A stretch of DNA of 64,000 nucleotides from an uncultured archaeon (GTDB lineage Archaea; Aenigmatarchaeota; Aenigmatarchaeia; QMZS01): positions 1,154 to 65,153 of the forward strand of contig CAZJKT010000003.1 in NCBI GenBank assembly GCA_964547015.1, written 5' to 3'. Numbering within the stretch: the stretch's first letter is position 1; every line of letters starts with the position of its first letter. The translations under genes and the position numbers were made by a program. Below are positions 26,197 through 35,069 of this stretch, one piece after another. Below the pieces are notes generated by a model that made no database searches, was not told where the DNA came from, and was given only the letters and a program-made list of their open reading frames with translations.

Positions 26197-27369
26197 CTAG
26201 GATTTTATTTTTGAATGGTTGCCCAGCTTTTGGATTTCATGGTTTATCTCTTTTAGGTCATGCTTTATTCCCCGCTCAACCCCCCTCTCAGACCTTATAA
26301 AAAAGTCAATAAGCCTTTCTTTGAAGCCCTTCTTTTCCGCCAGGCTCTTTTTTGAAGCGTAATATATTGAGCCTGCACCTAAGCAAAGCGTCAGAAGGAC
26401 TAAAATTCCCCCTATATATGGCAGGCGAAATAGCAGGTTAAGCGCCAAAAGACCTAAGATAAACCCCCAAACCCCTCCGATATGGATTCCATGCAAATCC
26501 ATCATATAGTGCCCTATTGAGTAGGCAACAAAGAATAAGGCGGCCATCATAGATATCAAAAAGCTCACACCAAGTATGAAAGCTAAAGGAATACCTATAA
26601 GGGACATCAAAAAAAGCAGAATTACAAAGGGAGAGGCAAAAATCATCAAAAATCCTATTAAGGTAACCTTAAGGGGAGATTTTCTAATTTCCTTATCAGC
26701 GCCCCGGTAAGAAGAGGGGAAAATAAAAAGGAGAAATATGCCCAGTATCAGGAACCCGGACATAAGTAAAATGTTTATTGCATTTGAGAGCATATCAAGT
26801 CGCGCTGCCATTGCATTTTCCTGTATATCAAGCTCTCCAACATAGCCCTCATTTATAAGGTCTCCGCTGCTGAGGGTAAGGCTCCCTAAAATTGCGCCCT
26901 CATTTTTTACCGAGCCGCCTGCAACAAAAATATCCTTCCCAACGGTAGCATTCGGGTAGAAAAGAATGTTTGCCCCCACTATAAAGGCATTTTGGTCAAC
27001 ATGGCCCTTCACCATCACTTTGCCGCCGGCAACGGCAAGATTTCCGTAAATCTCTGAATTTACAATAACTTCCCCCGCAATTACCGAAACATCCCCGTAA
27101 ATCGGGGCATTTATATAGACCGAGCCTGCAGCAATAATCGCCCCGCGCACAGGGGCATTGATTTCTATAATCCCCGCGGAGCCAAAAATCATGTCATCAA
27201 CAGGCTCATTTATTAAAACCAAGTCTCCCGATATCATTTCAAAAGCGAAGGCGCCCTGAGGCAGAAAAATTGCAATAAGAAGGACTGCGGCAAGGGAATG
27301 CAAAAGAATCCTATTGGCGCCAAAATGCCTTTTTTTTTGTCTGCTATTTTCCAAATCCCGCATAATCAT
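26197..27369 (-). CDS. Paralog of 25064-26107: membrane-anchored bactofilin-like protein
   Basis: Same architecture and clear sequence similarity (INAPVRGAIIAAGSVYINAPIYGDVSVIAGEVIVNSEIYGNLAVAGGKV). It has an extra, charged C-terminal tail. Confidence 0.55.
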   Translation of the reverse strand: MIMRDLENSRQKKRHFGANRILLHSLAAVLLIAIFLPQGAFAFEMISGDLVLINEPVDDMIFGSAGIIEINAPVRGAIIAAGSVYINAPIYGDVSVIAGEVIVNSEIYGNLAVAGGKVMVKGHVDQNAFIVGANILFYPNATVGKDIFVAGGSVKNEGAILGSLTLSSGDLINEGYVGELDIQENAMAARLDMLSNAINILLMSGFLILGIFLLFIFPSSYRGADKEIRKSPLKVTLIGFLMIFASPFVILLFLMSLIGIPLAFILGVSFLISMMAALFFVAYSIGHYMMDLHGIHIGGVWGFILGLLALNLLFRLPYIGGILVLLTLCLGAGSIYYASKKSLAEKKGFKERLIDFFIRSERGVERGIKHDLKEINHEIQKLGNHSKIKS

Positions 27370-27450
27370 ATTCGGATAGGGATATATATCACCAAAGTTT
27401 TCCCGGCATAGCCCAAAACTATTCTTTCTCGCCTAAAAAACTTCTATTTT

Positions 27451-28014
27451 ATGCAATCAAAGACTTTAATGGAGGGCATAAATGATGAGCCGGTCTATGA
27501 GCCGCAGGAGGATTCTTATTTTTTGCTGGACTGCCTCAAAAAGGAGCTTGAGGGCAAAAAGATTGGGCGGGCGCTTGAAATCGGCACTGGCAGCGGGATT
27601 CTGGCGATTGAAGCCGCCAAATCGGCCAAAAAGGTCTTGGCTGTGGATATTAATCCTGATGCAATATCAGAGGCAAAACTTGCCGCAAAAAAAGCGGGGA
27701 CAAAAAATATTGAGTTTGTTGAGGGCGACCTTTTTGGAAATGTTTCAGGCAGGTTTGATTTGATTTTTTTCAATCCCCCCTATCTTCCCGGAAGGGGCGA
27801 GGCATGCCTTTGCGGGGGAAAACGCGGGCAGGAAGTTATTGAGCGGTTTTTGGGAGCGGTTGGAAGTCACCTGAAAGACGGAGGAAAGGCATTAATCCTG
27901 CTCTCATCTTTCAATGATGTTGAAAGCCTAAAAAAGAAATACGGATTTCGGATAGTTGCGGATAAAAAACTTTGGTTTGAGGCTCTTTTTTGCGCGGAAA
28001 TCAAGAAAAGCTAA
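27451..28014 (+). CDS. HemK/Mtq2-family protein (glutamine-N5) methyltransferase (release-factor methyltransferase-like)
   Basis: SAM motif LEIGTGSGILAIEAA and catalytic FNPPYLP (NPPY) in a roughly 190-aa protein. Confidence 0.65.
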   Translation: MQSKTLMEGINDEPVYEPQEDSYFLLDCLKKELEGKKIGRALEIGTGSGILAIEAAKSAKKVLAVDINPDAISEAKLAAKKAGTKNIEFVEGDLFGNVSGRFDLIFFNPPYLPGRGEACLCGGKRGQEVIERFLGAVGSHLKDGGKALILLSSFNDVESLKKKYGFRIVADKKLWFEALFCAEIKKS

Positions 28015-28033
28015 TTATTTGACAGTATTAATT

Positions 28034-28441
28034 ATGGTGAATAGCGCAAATCCAACGGAAAAAAATGCGGGCGAATGCGCGGATATGAATAAAAAAAGTA
28101 TAGGATTAATAGTTCTTCTAGAAACCGATGAGGTTCCTGTAGTATATCGGCTTGCGATTTTTGGCAGGAACCCTAACGAGCTTATCTGCCAAAAAAGCGG
28201 TTATACCGTTCAGGAAATTGCAGAGTATCTCTCAAATGCAGTTCCAAAGAGCTACGAAAAAGTCAAAGGCCTGCTAAAGTATTCCCTTAGTAGAGGAGAG
28301 ATGCCCTCCGGATTTGAAGAGTTGCAGGAAGTTGACGAAGAGACAAGGCGTTGTTTTGAAAGCGAATTATATATTCAGATAGAAAGACGGATAAATAGAG
28401 AGGGGGAAGAGATACTGGCCCAATATGGAATACTTGGTTAA
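28034..28441 (+). CDS. Hypothetical protein
   Basis: ORF track 27956-28441. Trimmed to an internal Met (about 28034) to avoid overlap with the methyltransferase. No motif recognised. Confidence 0.3.
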   Translation: MVNSANPTEKNAGECADMNKKSIGLIVLLETDEVPVVYRLAIFGRNPNELICQKSGYTVQEIAEYLSNAVPKSYEKVKGLLKYSLSRGEMPSGFEELQEVDEETRRCFESELYIQIERRINREGEEILAQYGILG

Positions 28442-28474
28442 GCCAACCCTAATTAATATTTTTGGAATAGGGTT

Positions 28475-29116
28475 ATGAAAGACGGAGATTTTGTCGAAAT
28501 TGAGTATGTCGGGCGGCTTAAGGACACAAATGAGATTTTTGACCTGACCGATGAGGAACTGGCAAAAAAAGAGGGCATATTTAATGAAAAAGCAAAATAC
28601 GGACCGATAAAAATCGTCCTTGGCGAAAAGCTCGTACTAGAAGGCCTTGAAGAAATAATCCGGGGCATGAATCCGGGCGAGGAAAAAACAGAGGCTTTGC
28701 CGCCGGAAAAAGCCTTTGGCGAAAGAAAGGCCGACCTTGTAAAGGTTGTGCCTGAAGCGGAACTTCGCCGACAGAAAATAAATCCTGTTCCGGGAATGAT
28801 TCTCGACATGGGCGAGTACAAAGCAAAAATTCAGTCCGTAAATTCCGGCAGAGTCAGGATTGACTTCAATAACCCACTGGCAGGGCGGGAGATTGAGTAT
28901 AAAATTAAGGTTAGCCGGGCGATTGAAGATACCAATGAGAAAGCCGCAATAATTGTTGAGTTTTTCTGCAGGGATGCGGCTGAGGTAAAGATTGATGGCA
29001 GCAAGGCAAAGATTGAGGCAAAAGCCCAATTGCCCGAGCAGGTAATGCAAAAGGTTTCTGAGCTTTTGAAAAAGCATCTCAGCGTAGAAAAGGTTGTGTT
29101 CAAGCGGGAATTCTAG
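28475..29116 (+). CDS. FKBP-type peptidyl-prolyl cis-trans isomerase (SlyD-like, with an insert domain)
   Basis: VEIEYVGRL.D...FD...P....LG.....GLEE.I.GM..GEE pattern plus a long C-terminal extension. Confidence 0.85.
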   Translation: MKDGDFVEIEYVGRLKDTNEIFDLTDEELAKKEGIFNEKAKYGPIKIVLGEKLVLEGLEEIIRGMNPGEEKTEALPPEKAFGERKADLVKVVPEAELRRQKINPVPGMILDMGEYKAKIQSVNSGRVRIDFNNPLAGREIEYKIKVSRAIEDTNEKAAIIVEFFCRDAAEVKIDGSKAKIEAKAQLPEQVMQKVSELLKKHLSVEKVVFKREF

Positions 29117-29162
29117 AATTCAGCACCTAACTCTCAGTTAGTTTATACATTGGAATTTTTTA

Positions 29163-29948
29163 TTGCAACATCCAAAATATTATTATATGGTGAATGGCTT
29201 TGATGTCCGAAACAACAGCGTTTATACTAAGGTGCTGGAGTATCGAAAAGACGGCTCTCCGGATGTAGTATTTATTTGCACAGCTCATATAGGGACAAGA
29301 ACATATTACAGAGAACTCGAACAGCGGGTAGATAGGATCAAGTATGGGATTTATGAGGGGGTTGGGATTCGTAGCAAGGAGGCTGACTTCTTCTATGAGA
29401 ATGTAGTATTCCCCCTCATTGCGGAAGAAGTTTACTGGCTGGGCTTGGTATATCAGTCAGACTTCCTGAAGGTAAATGAAACTTCGTGGATAAACCCTGA
29501 TGCTTATGTGGAAGATTCTACCGTTCCCGAGTGGCGGGCTAAAATGGAGGGCTTATTGAGGTTTGGAACCGAGCATAAGGTATTCAGCCGGCTTGCTCAC
29601 GGGTCGCGGGAAAAAATCATGGAGATGCACAGAAAGAATCTCCTATGGGAGCTTGAACTCTATTTCTTTGAGCCATCATTGATGCGGGGCTGGCAGGAGA
29701 ATACACCAACGCTCGACTACCGAAATGAATTACTAGCTTCATATTTGGAGGAGCTAATACAAAGTGGCGTATCCAGGAAAATTGGCGTTGTATACGGGGC
29801 GGGGCACCTCAAAGCAGTTCATCCTTTTCTGGAAGGGCTTGGCTACAGGCTGGGGAAGTGCGAGGAGATAAAGGCCTTTGGGCTTTATGACCCGATAGAG
29901 GGCGGGATTTCGCAAATTCGGAACCCTAAAAAACGGTATCAAAAATAA
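29163..29948 (+). CDS. Hypothetical protein, possibly TraB/GumN-family
   Basis: VVFICTAHIG resembles the GTAHV signature of TraB-family proteins. Weak evidence. Confidence 0.35.
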   Translation: MQHPKYYYMVNGFDVRNNSVYTKVLEYRKDGSPDVVFICTAHIGTRTYYRELEQRVDRIKYGIYEGVGIRSKEADFFYENVVFPLIAEEVYWLGLVYQSDFLKVNETSWINPDAYVEDSTVPEWRAKMEGLLRFGTEHKVFSRLAHGSREKIMEMHRKNLLWELELYFFEPSLMRGWQENTPTLDYRNELLASYLEELIQSGVSRKIGVVYGAGHLKAVHPFLEGLGYRLGKCEEIKAFGLYDPIEGGISQIRNPKKRYQK

Positions 29949-30084
29949 AGGCAAATAATCTGACCGGATAATGATGGCAAAAAGCATTTAGCTTCAGGGT
30001 AGCCTTCCAAGAAAGCATTTAGGCGTACGCCCCGCCTTTATTTAAGAAAACTTAACGAAATCAAAAAAAACATAAAACCGGTAT

Positions 30085-30261
30085 TTACAAATCGTAGCCT
30101 CTAAGTGTTTTTCTTCCGTTAGCCTTTGCCCTGTTGGCTGCTTCCTTGATGGCTTCTTCAACCTTCTTGGAAAGAACTTCGGCAAAGTCACCGGACATAT
30201 TTATGTCCATTTTTCTGGCTACTTCTTTGATTTTTGACTGAACTACTAACATTTCTGCCAT
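30085..30261 (-). CDS. Small histone-fold protein (archaeal histone-like). It is 58 aa, below the ORF-track cutoff.
   Basis: My translation is MAEMLVVQSKIKEVARKMDINMSGDFAEVLSKKVEEAIKEAANRAKANGRKTLRGYDL. The C-terminal half aligns with the archaeal histone HMfB region [41 protein letters not shown]. Confidence 0.5.
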   Translation of the reverse strand: MAEMLVVQSKIKEVARKMDINMSGDFAEVLSKKVEEAIKEAANRAKANGRKTLRGYDL

Positions 30262-30471
30262 AAACTTATTGCAATCGTATATTTAAAGCATTTTATAGGG
30301 GTCAGGACTACTTAAGGATTATAATTACTCCTCTGGCAAGGGCAGGACGCGTTCAGATAACTTCTGCAAATTCTCTGCCTGACATTATAAACCCCAAACA
30401 AGCATCTTCCCTAGGGTGTCTTTGCAAACCCCAAATATATCCGCTTATATGGATAAATATTTCTTATATAT

Positions 30472-31569
30472 ATGGCTTCACCGATTGATATTAAAAAAGG
30501 CAATATCATTAGCTTCCTTGAGGAAACAAAGCCCTTGGTTGACGAGGTAATCCTTAATTACCTTCCAAGAAAAGTAGGAAAAGAGTGGATGGAATGTGTT
30601 TTTGGAAAACCGAGGTATGAGTACAGCATTGATTCTGCCCAAAAGGCGCTTGTTGACCCAATGTGGGACCTTCTGGATCGAGGGGGGAAGAGGTGGCGCC
30701 CTGTTCTCTTCTTGCTGATAGTCGAAGCTGTCGGGGGCGATAAAGAGAAGGTGAAAGATATCGTGATAATACCCGAAATTGTGCATAACGGGACTCTGAT
30801 GGTTGATGATATTGAGGATATGGGTGAATTAAGGCGAGGCAAGCCCTGTATCCATAAGATATATGGTGTGGATGTGGCGATAAATGCCGGAAACTTCATG
30901 TATTTTTTCCCCCTGCTCGCCCTTGAGAAAAACAGGCATAAGTTCAAGCCGGAAACACTAAACAAGGCATACAAGATATATGTTCAGGAAATGCTAAATG
31001 TGAGTTTAGGCCAGGCAACAGATATTAACTGGCATAAAGGAAATGCGGATAATATAAGAGAAGAGGAGTACCTTCAGATGTGCGCCTATAAGACAGGGTG
31101 CCTCTCAAGGATGTCTGCAAAGCTTGCCGCCGCCCTCTCTGAATGCGATGATGAGCTCATAGAAAAGCTTGGGCGGGTTGCTGAAGCCATAGGAGTTGCA
31201 TTCCAGATTCAGGATGACATTTTAGATATATCATTAAGCGAAGAAGACAGGGCAGGATTTGGAAAGCCTTTTGGAAATGATATTAAGGAAGGCAAAAGGA
31301 CGCTCCTGGTTATCCAAACACTTAAGGAAGCAAATGAATCTGACAGAAATAGGCTTATTCAGATATTAGGAAAGCATACAGACGACCTTGAGGAGAGGCG
31401 TGAGGCAATCGAAATTATTGAGAAGTACGGGTCAATTGAATATGCCGCAAACAGGGCCCGCCAAATAGTAAAGGAGGCCTGGGAAGAAACCGATGATTTG
31501 CTTAAGGAAAGCCCCGCAAAAGACAAATTAAAAGAATTTGTGAGCTACCTGATTGAAAGGAAGGTTTAG
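30472..31569 (+). CDS. Geranylgeranyl diphosphate synthase (trans-isoprenyl diphosphate synthase) with an N-terminal extension of about 60 aa
   Basis: First Asp-rich motif LMVDDIEDM and second FQIQDDILD, with the overall polyprenyl synthase layout. Confidence 0.85.
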   Translation: MASPIDIKKGNIISFLEETKPLVDEVILNYLPRKVGKEWMECVFGKPRYEYSIDSAQKALVDPMWDLLDRGGKRWRPVLFLLIVEAVGGDKEKVKDIVIIPEIVHNGTLMVDDIEDMGELRRGKPCIHKIYGVDVAINAGNFMYFFPLLALEKNRHKFKPETLNKAYKIYVQEMLNVSLGQATDINWHKGNADNIREEEYLQMCAYKTGCLSRMSAKLAAALSECDDELIEKLGRVAEAIGVAFQIQDDILDISLSEEDRAGFGKPFGNDIKEGKRTLLVIQTLKEANESDRNRLIQILGKHTDDLEERREAIEIIEKYGSIEYAANRARQIVKEAWEETDDLLKESPAKDKLKEFVSYLIERKV

Positions 31570-31598
31570 CGTGATTGATGCCCCCGCGCGAAAGTAAA

Positions 31599-32864
31599 TT
31601 AATTGCCAAGCCGGCATTTAATCTCACAAACCGGAGGAATTTCCCTTTTGTGCCTATTCAGCGAGATTCTCTCAAAAATATAGTTCACTTTTTTTTTGGG
31701 CAGGAGCGTAAGCTCTGTAATTTCCCCTGAAGGAAAGCCCTGTTCTCGAAGCTTAAGAATAGTGTCAATTTGGCTATAATTTAGGCCAAGCTCGCCTTCA
31801 TCAGTCTGGCCTTCCCATAGCCCTGCGCTCGGCTCACTTTTAATTATCTCTTCAGGCAAATTCAGCCTTTTTGCCATCTCAATAATTTCGGTTTTGTAGA
31901 TACCCGCCAAAGGCTCCACATCCGCGCCGCCATCCCCGTATTTTGTAAAATAGCCAATCTCAAATTCGCTCTTATTTGTTGTCCCCAATACCAATAGGCC
32001 TTCCTTATTTGCGTAATAATAGAGCGCCGCCATCCGAAGCCTTGACTGCAGATTTCCCTTTGAGCGCTTATCTGCATCAGGCAGAGATTCCAGAAAGGAA
32101 CTATAGGCAGGACCGAGCGAAATTTTCTGCGCTTCGTGCCTATCTCTTATTTGCTTGAGGTTTGGGCTTTCATCAGACTCTACAGGCAAGCTTAAAAATA
32201 CGGCCCTCCTGCCAAGCGCCTTTTTTGCAAGCTCTGCCGCAACCGAAGAATCAATCCCTCCGCTTAGGCCCAATACCGCCCCCTTTGATTGGGTTTTGGA
32301 TACCGACTGCCGGATAAATTCAATTACCCTCTCCTCAGGCAATTTTCCGGATTCCTTTATTATCTCAAGACCCCGGTTTGCCTTAAGCCATGACTCCACC
32401 TTTTTAGGCACAAGCTTTTCCCACCTAAGGCCCTCTCTTATCCTCCCCCTGACTAGCGTGGAGGATACCTCTCCGTAAAGCTCATTTTCAATTGTTTGCG
32501 CCCCTATGGCATCCAGGCATTTTTTGGTCCAGGGGTTTCTTGTGTAGACGCAGATTTTCTTCTTTCCAAACAGCTCTTTAACTTTTTGCGCCCACTTAAT
32601 GTCGTCATAGAAATCAGGGACACCCTGTATTGCATAGCCCCATATCCCTTCAAAAGCCAAGGCTGACTCAATCATCTCCTTTCTCTGGGCAAAAGTGAAG
32701 GGATTTTTATCTGAGCAGAATTCCTGCATAGACCCTATAATTATTGTAAAGCTTCCTTTCTTAGAGATATCTTTTATAACATCCAGATGCCCTTTATGAA
32801 AAGGCTGGAAACGCCCAATAAAGACCGGATGCGCCCCTTCTTCTCTTTGTACTGCTTTGCCCAT
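31599..32864 (-). CDS. Bifunctional fusion: N-terminal archaeal nicotinamide-nucleotide adenylyltransferase (NadM) joined to a C-terminal NH3-dependent NAD+ synthetase (NadE)
   Basis: N-terminal GRFQPFHKGH, NPFT, SSTLVR and WEKLVP match archaeal NMNAT (MJ0541-like). The C-terminal PP-loop LGLSGGIDSS and LGTTNKSEFEIGYFTKYGDGGADVEPL match NadE. Confidence 0.8.
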   Translation of the reverse strand: MGKAVQREEGAHPVFIGRFQPFHKGHLDVIKDISKKGSFTIIIGSMQEFCSDKNPFTFAQRKEMIESALAFEGIWGYAIQGVPDFYDDIKWAQKVKELFGKKKICVYTRNPWTKKCLDAIGAQTIENELYGEVSSTLVRGRIREGLRWEKLVPKKVESWLKANRGLEIIKESGKLPEERVIEFIRQSVSKTQSKGAVLGLSGGIDSSVAAELAKKALGRRAVFLSLPVESDESPNLKQIRDRHEAQKISLGPAYSSFLESLPDADKRSKGNLQSRLRMAALYYYANKEGLLVLGTTNKSEFEIGYFTKYGDGGADVEPLAGIYKTEIIEMAKRLNLPEEIIKSEPSAGLWEGQTDEGELGLNYSQIDTILKLREQGFPSGEITELTLLPKKKVNYIFERISLNRHKREIPPVCEIKCRLGN

Positions 32865-32918
32865 AAATATATTATAACTTAATTTGGTTTCACAGCCTGT
32901 TTTTTGGGCTGATTAGCG

Positions 32919-32947
32919 GATAATGCCTATAATGCCTATAATGCCTA
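32919..32947. repeat. Short tandem repeat, three copies of ATAATGCCT
   Basis: ataatgcctataatgcctataatgcct sits in the divergent intergenic region between the nadM-nadE fusion and the rhomboid gene. Confidence 0.6.
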
Positions 32948-33081
32948 TTATAGAGACCCTATACACCTTTAAGCCGTCTAACCCTTAAATAGTGGATATA
33001 TGAACATATTCTGCAAAAACCCTCCCGGAATTTTAATCACACCTAGTTTAAGCGGGATAAGTATCCTCGAAGTAAATAATT

Positions 33082-33741
33082 ATGGCAAGGATATGCGCCA
33101 CGACCGTTATTGTAGCTCTATGCGTAATAATAAGCATAATCGGATGGGTGGGGGATACTGAGGATATATTCTCCGGATTTGGCTATTCAACAGAGAATAT
33201 GTTTTCAGGCAAGATTTATGTCCTTATTACCTCAGTTTTTCTTCATGCAAATGCCGCCCATCTTTTCTCAAATATATTTGTGCTCCTGATTTTTGGGCTT
33301 GTGCTTGAGCAGGAGATTAGGTGCAAAAAGTTTCTGATGCTTTTTTTCGGCGGGGCTTTTCTGGGCGCTTTGTTGTCCTCCCTTTTTTATTCATATTCCC
33401 AAATCGCAATCGGGGCATCAGGCGGAGTATTTGCAATAGTTGCCGCAACCATGCTCATTAAGCCTGTGCCGATGGATTATTATGTTCCGATACCTTTAGG
33501 GGTCATTGCAATCGGCTATATATTCTATGCAATAGCGGGCCTGATATTTAATTATCCGCCCCATGTCGCCCATATTGCGCATTTAGGCGGGGCTCTTGCA
33601 GGGCTTATTTTCGGATGCCGAAAGCAAGGGCTCAAAAGCACACTAAGGATTATAATGGCGGTAACTATTCTTCTTTTGTTTGTGCCGGTTATTTGGAATT
33701 TTTGGGCGCTTATAATGGACTTGCTTTTGGGCATTTTCTAA
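33082..33741 (+). CDS. Rhomboid-family intramembrane serine protease
   Basis: Catalytic GASGGVFA (GxSG) and the downstream AHLGG histidine, with six TM segments. Confidence 0.85.
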   Translation: MARICATTVIVALCVIISIIGWVGDTEDIFSGFGYSTENMFSGKIYVLITSVFLHANAAHLFSNIFVLLIFGLVLEQEIRCKKFLMLFFGGAFLGALLSSLFYSYSQIAIGASGGVFAIVAATMLIKPVPMDYYVPIPLGVIAIGYIFYAIAGLIFNYPPHVAHIAHLGGALAGLIFGCRKQGLKSTLRIIMAVTILLLFVPVIWNFWALIMDLLLGIF

Positions 33742-33832
33742 GAAGGCTGATGCCGGATTGCGGGTCCTTTTTAGCTAAATGACTCGCTTATTGAGGCCGC
33801 TAAGGGCAATTCTGTTAAAAGTTTGGTATTTA

Positions 33833-34612
33833 TTAGCCGGTCTGCATTTCCCGAAGATTTCTGCTTAACTCAGAAATATTCTCAAAAATATGGCTCGGTC
33901 CGCAGCTCTCTAAATGGCTTTTTAGGCCCATTCCTGAAAGAAGGGCGGCGGATATGCATCCCGCATTTCTGGCGGCAATAATATCCACTTGCGCATCTCC
34001 CGCATATATTGCTTCTTCTGCAGAAACGCCGATTTCAGATATAATTCTCTTCAGCCCTTCAGGCGAGGGCTTTGGCATTGAAACCTCAGACCCGGACAGA
34101 ATTATTGAAAAATTTTCCAGCCCTATTTCTTTTAGGTCGCGCATTATGGCGGGGCCCGAAGCATTTGAAAATATTGCAAGCTCATGTCCGCTATCTTTCA
34201 GGCATTTAATGGAGTTGCGCGCATTGGGAAGCAGTTTGGACATATAGCGCGCCAGGCTTGAATTGCAAAATTCCCTGCTTGTTTCAGTGATTCTTGCAAC
34301 CCGTCTTCTGTCCGCATCGTTTAGGGAGTTTTCAGTTAATGAGTCCAGATATCCTTCAGAATCCGCCAGGCTGAGCGCCTCTGACAGATCTTTTCCCTGA
34401 ATGCTTAGCGCATATATTGCCGCAACAGCATTTTCGCGCAGGTTATATTTTCCAATTCCCCTCAGCCGCCAAAGGTCATTTTTTAAGTATGGCTGGAAAA
34501 GCCCTACTTTCATAAATCCTCTTGCAAGGCCTTCATTGAATGCCGCAGAAGAATCCCTCAAAACACCGTCAACACCTAATATCACTAATTTAGGCTTTGC
34601 CATAATTATCAT
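33833..34612 (-). CDS. HAD-superfamily hydrolase
   Basis: Motif I ILGVDGVL, a KPSPEG-type motif and the C-terminal GDAQVDI Asp motif. Confidence 0.75.
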   Translation of the reverse strand: MIIMAKPKLVILGVDGVLRDSSAAFNEGLARGFMKVGLFQPYLKNDLWRLRGIGKYNLRENAVAAIYALSIQGKDLSEALSLADSEGYLDSLTENSLNDADRRRVARITETSREFCNSSLARYMSKLLPNARNSIKCLKDSGHELAIFSNASGPAIMRDLKEIGLENFSIILSGSEVSMPKPSPEGLKRIISEIGVSAEEAIYAGDAQVDIIAARNAGCISAALLSGMGLKSHLESCGPSHIFENISELSRNLREMQTG

Positions 34613-34670
34613 TCTTTTAATATATTGGGCAATATCCGGAAATTGATTTTGATTTGCCGCTTGCCCGAAA

Positions 34671-34979
34671 CTACTCTTCCTTTCGTTTCATAACTATAGC
34701 CTTCACGGGGCATTCGGCGGCGCATATTCCGCAGCCCTTGCAGTAGCTAAGGTCTGTTTCTTTTCTTTTGCCTTCCTTATCCGCAGGTATGGAGTTTTCA
34801 GGGCAGTATAGAGCGCAAAGCCCGCACTGGACACATTTTTTTTTGTCCCAAACAGGAACGGCCGAGCCCCAGCTTCCGGTCTTTTTCTCTTTTGACATGC
34901 AAGAAGAAATTACAGCGCCCTTTGGGATTTCCTTCCATCCAAGCTTCTGCCCTAACTGCTCTTTTTTTGGAAAAGCCAT
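34671..34979 (-). CDS. 2x[4Fe-4S] ferredoxin resembling the pyruvate:ferredoxin oxidoreductase delta subunit (PorD-like)
   Basis: GWKEIP.GAV...S.EKKTGSW....PVWDKKKCVQCGLCALYCPE ... DLSYCKGCGICAAECPVKAI follows the PorD pattern, including the two CxxCxxCxxxCP clusters. Confidence 0.7.
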   Translation of the reverse strand: MAFPKKEQLGQKLGWKEIPKGAVISSCMSKEKKTGSWGSAVPVWDKKKCVQCGLCALYCPENSIPADKEGKRKETDLSYCKGCGICAAECPVKAIVMKRKEE

Positions 34980-35069
34980 AATAATAGCAATTATGAATAA
35001 GTTAATTTTAAACTGCTGATTGGCGAATATTATTCCTGCGGCCTATTTAATTTTGCCCAAATAGGTCTT

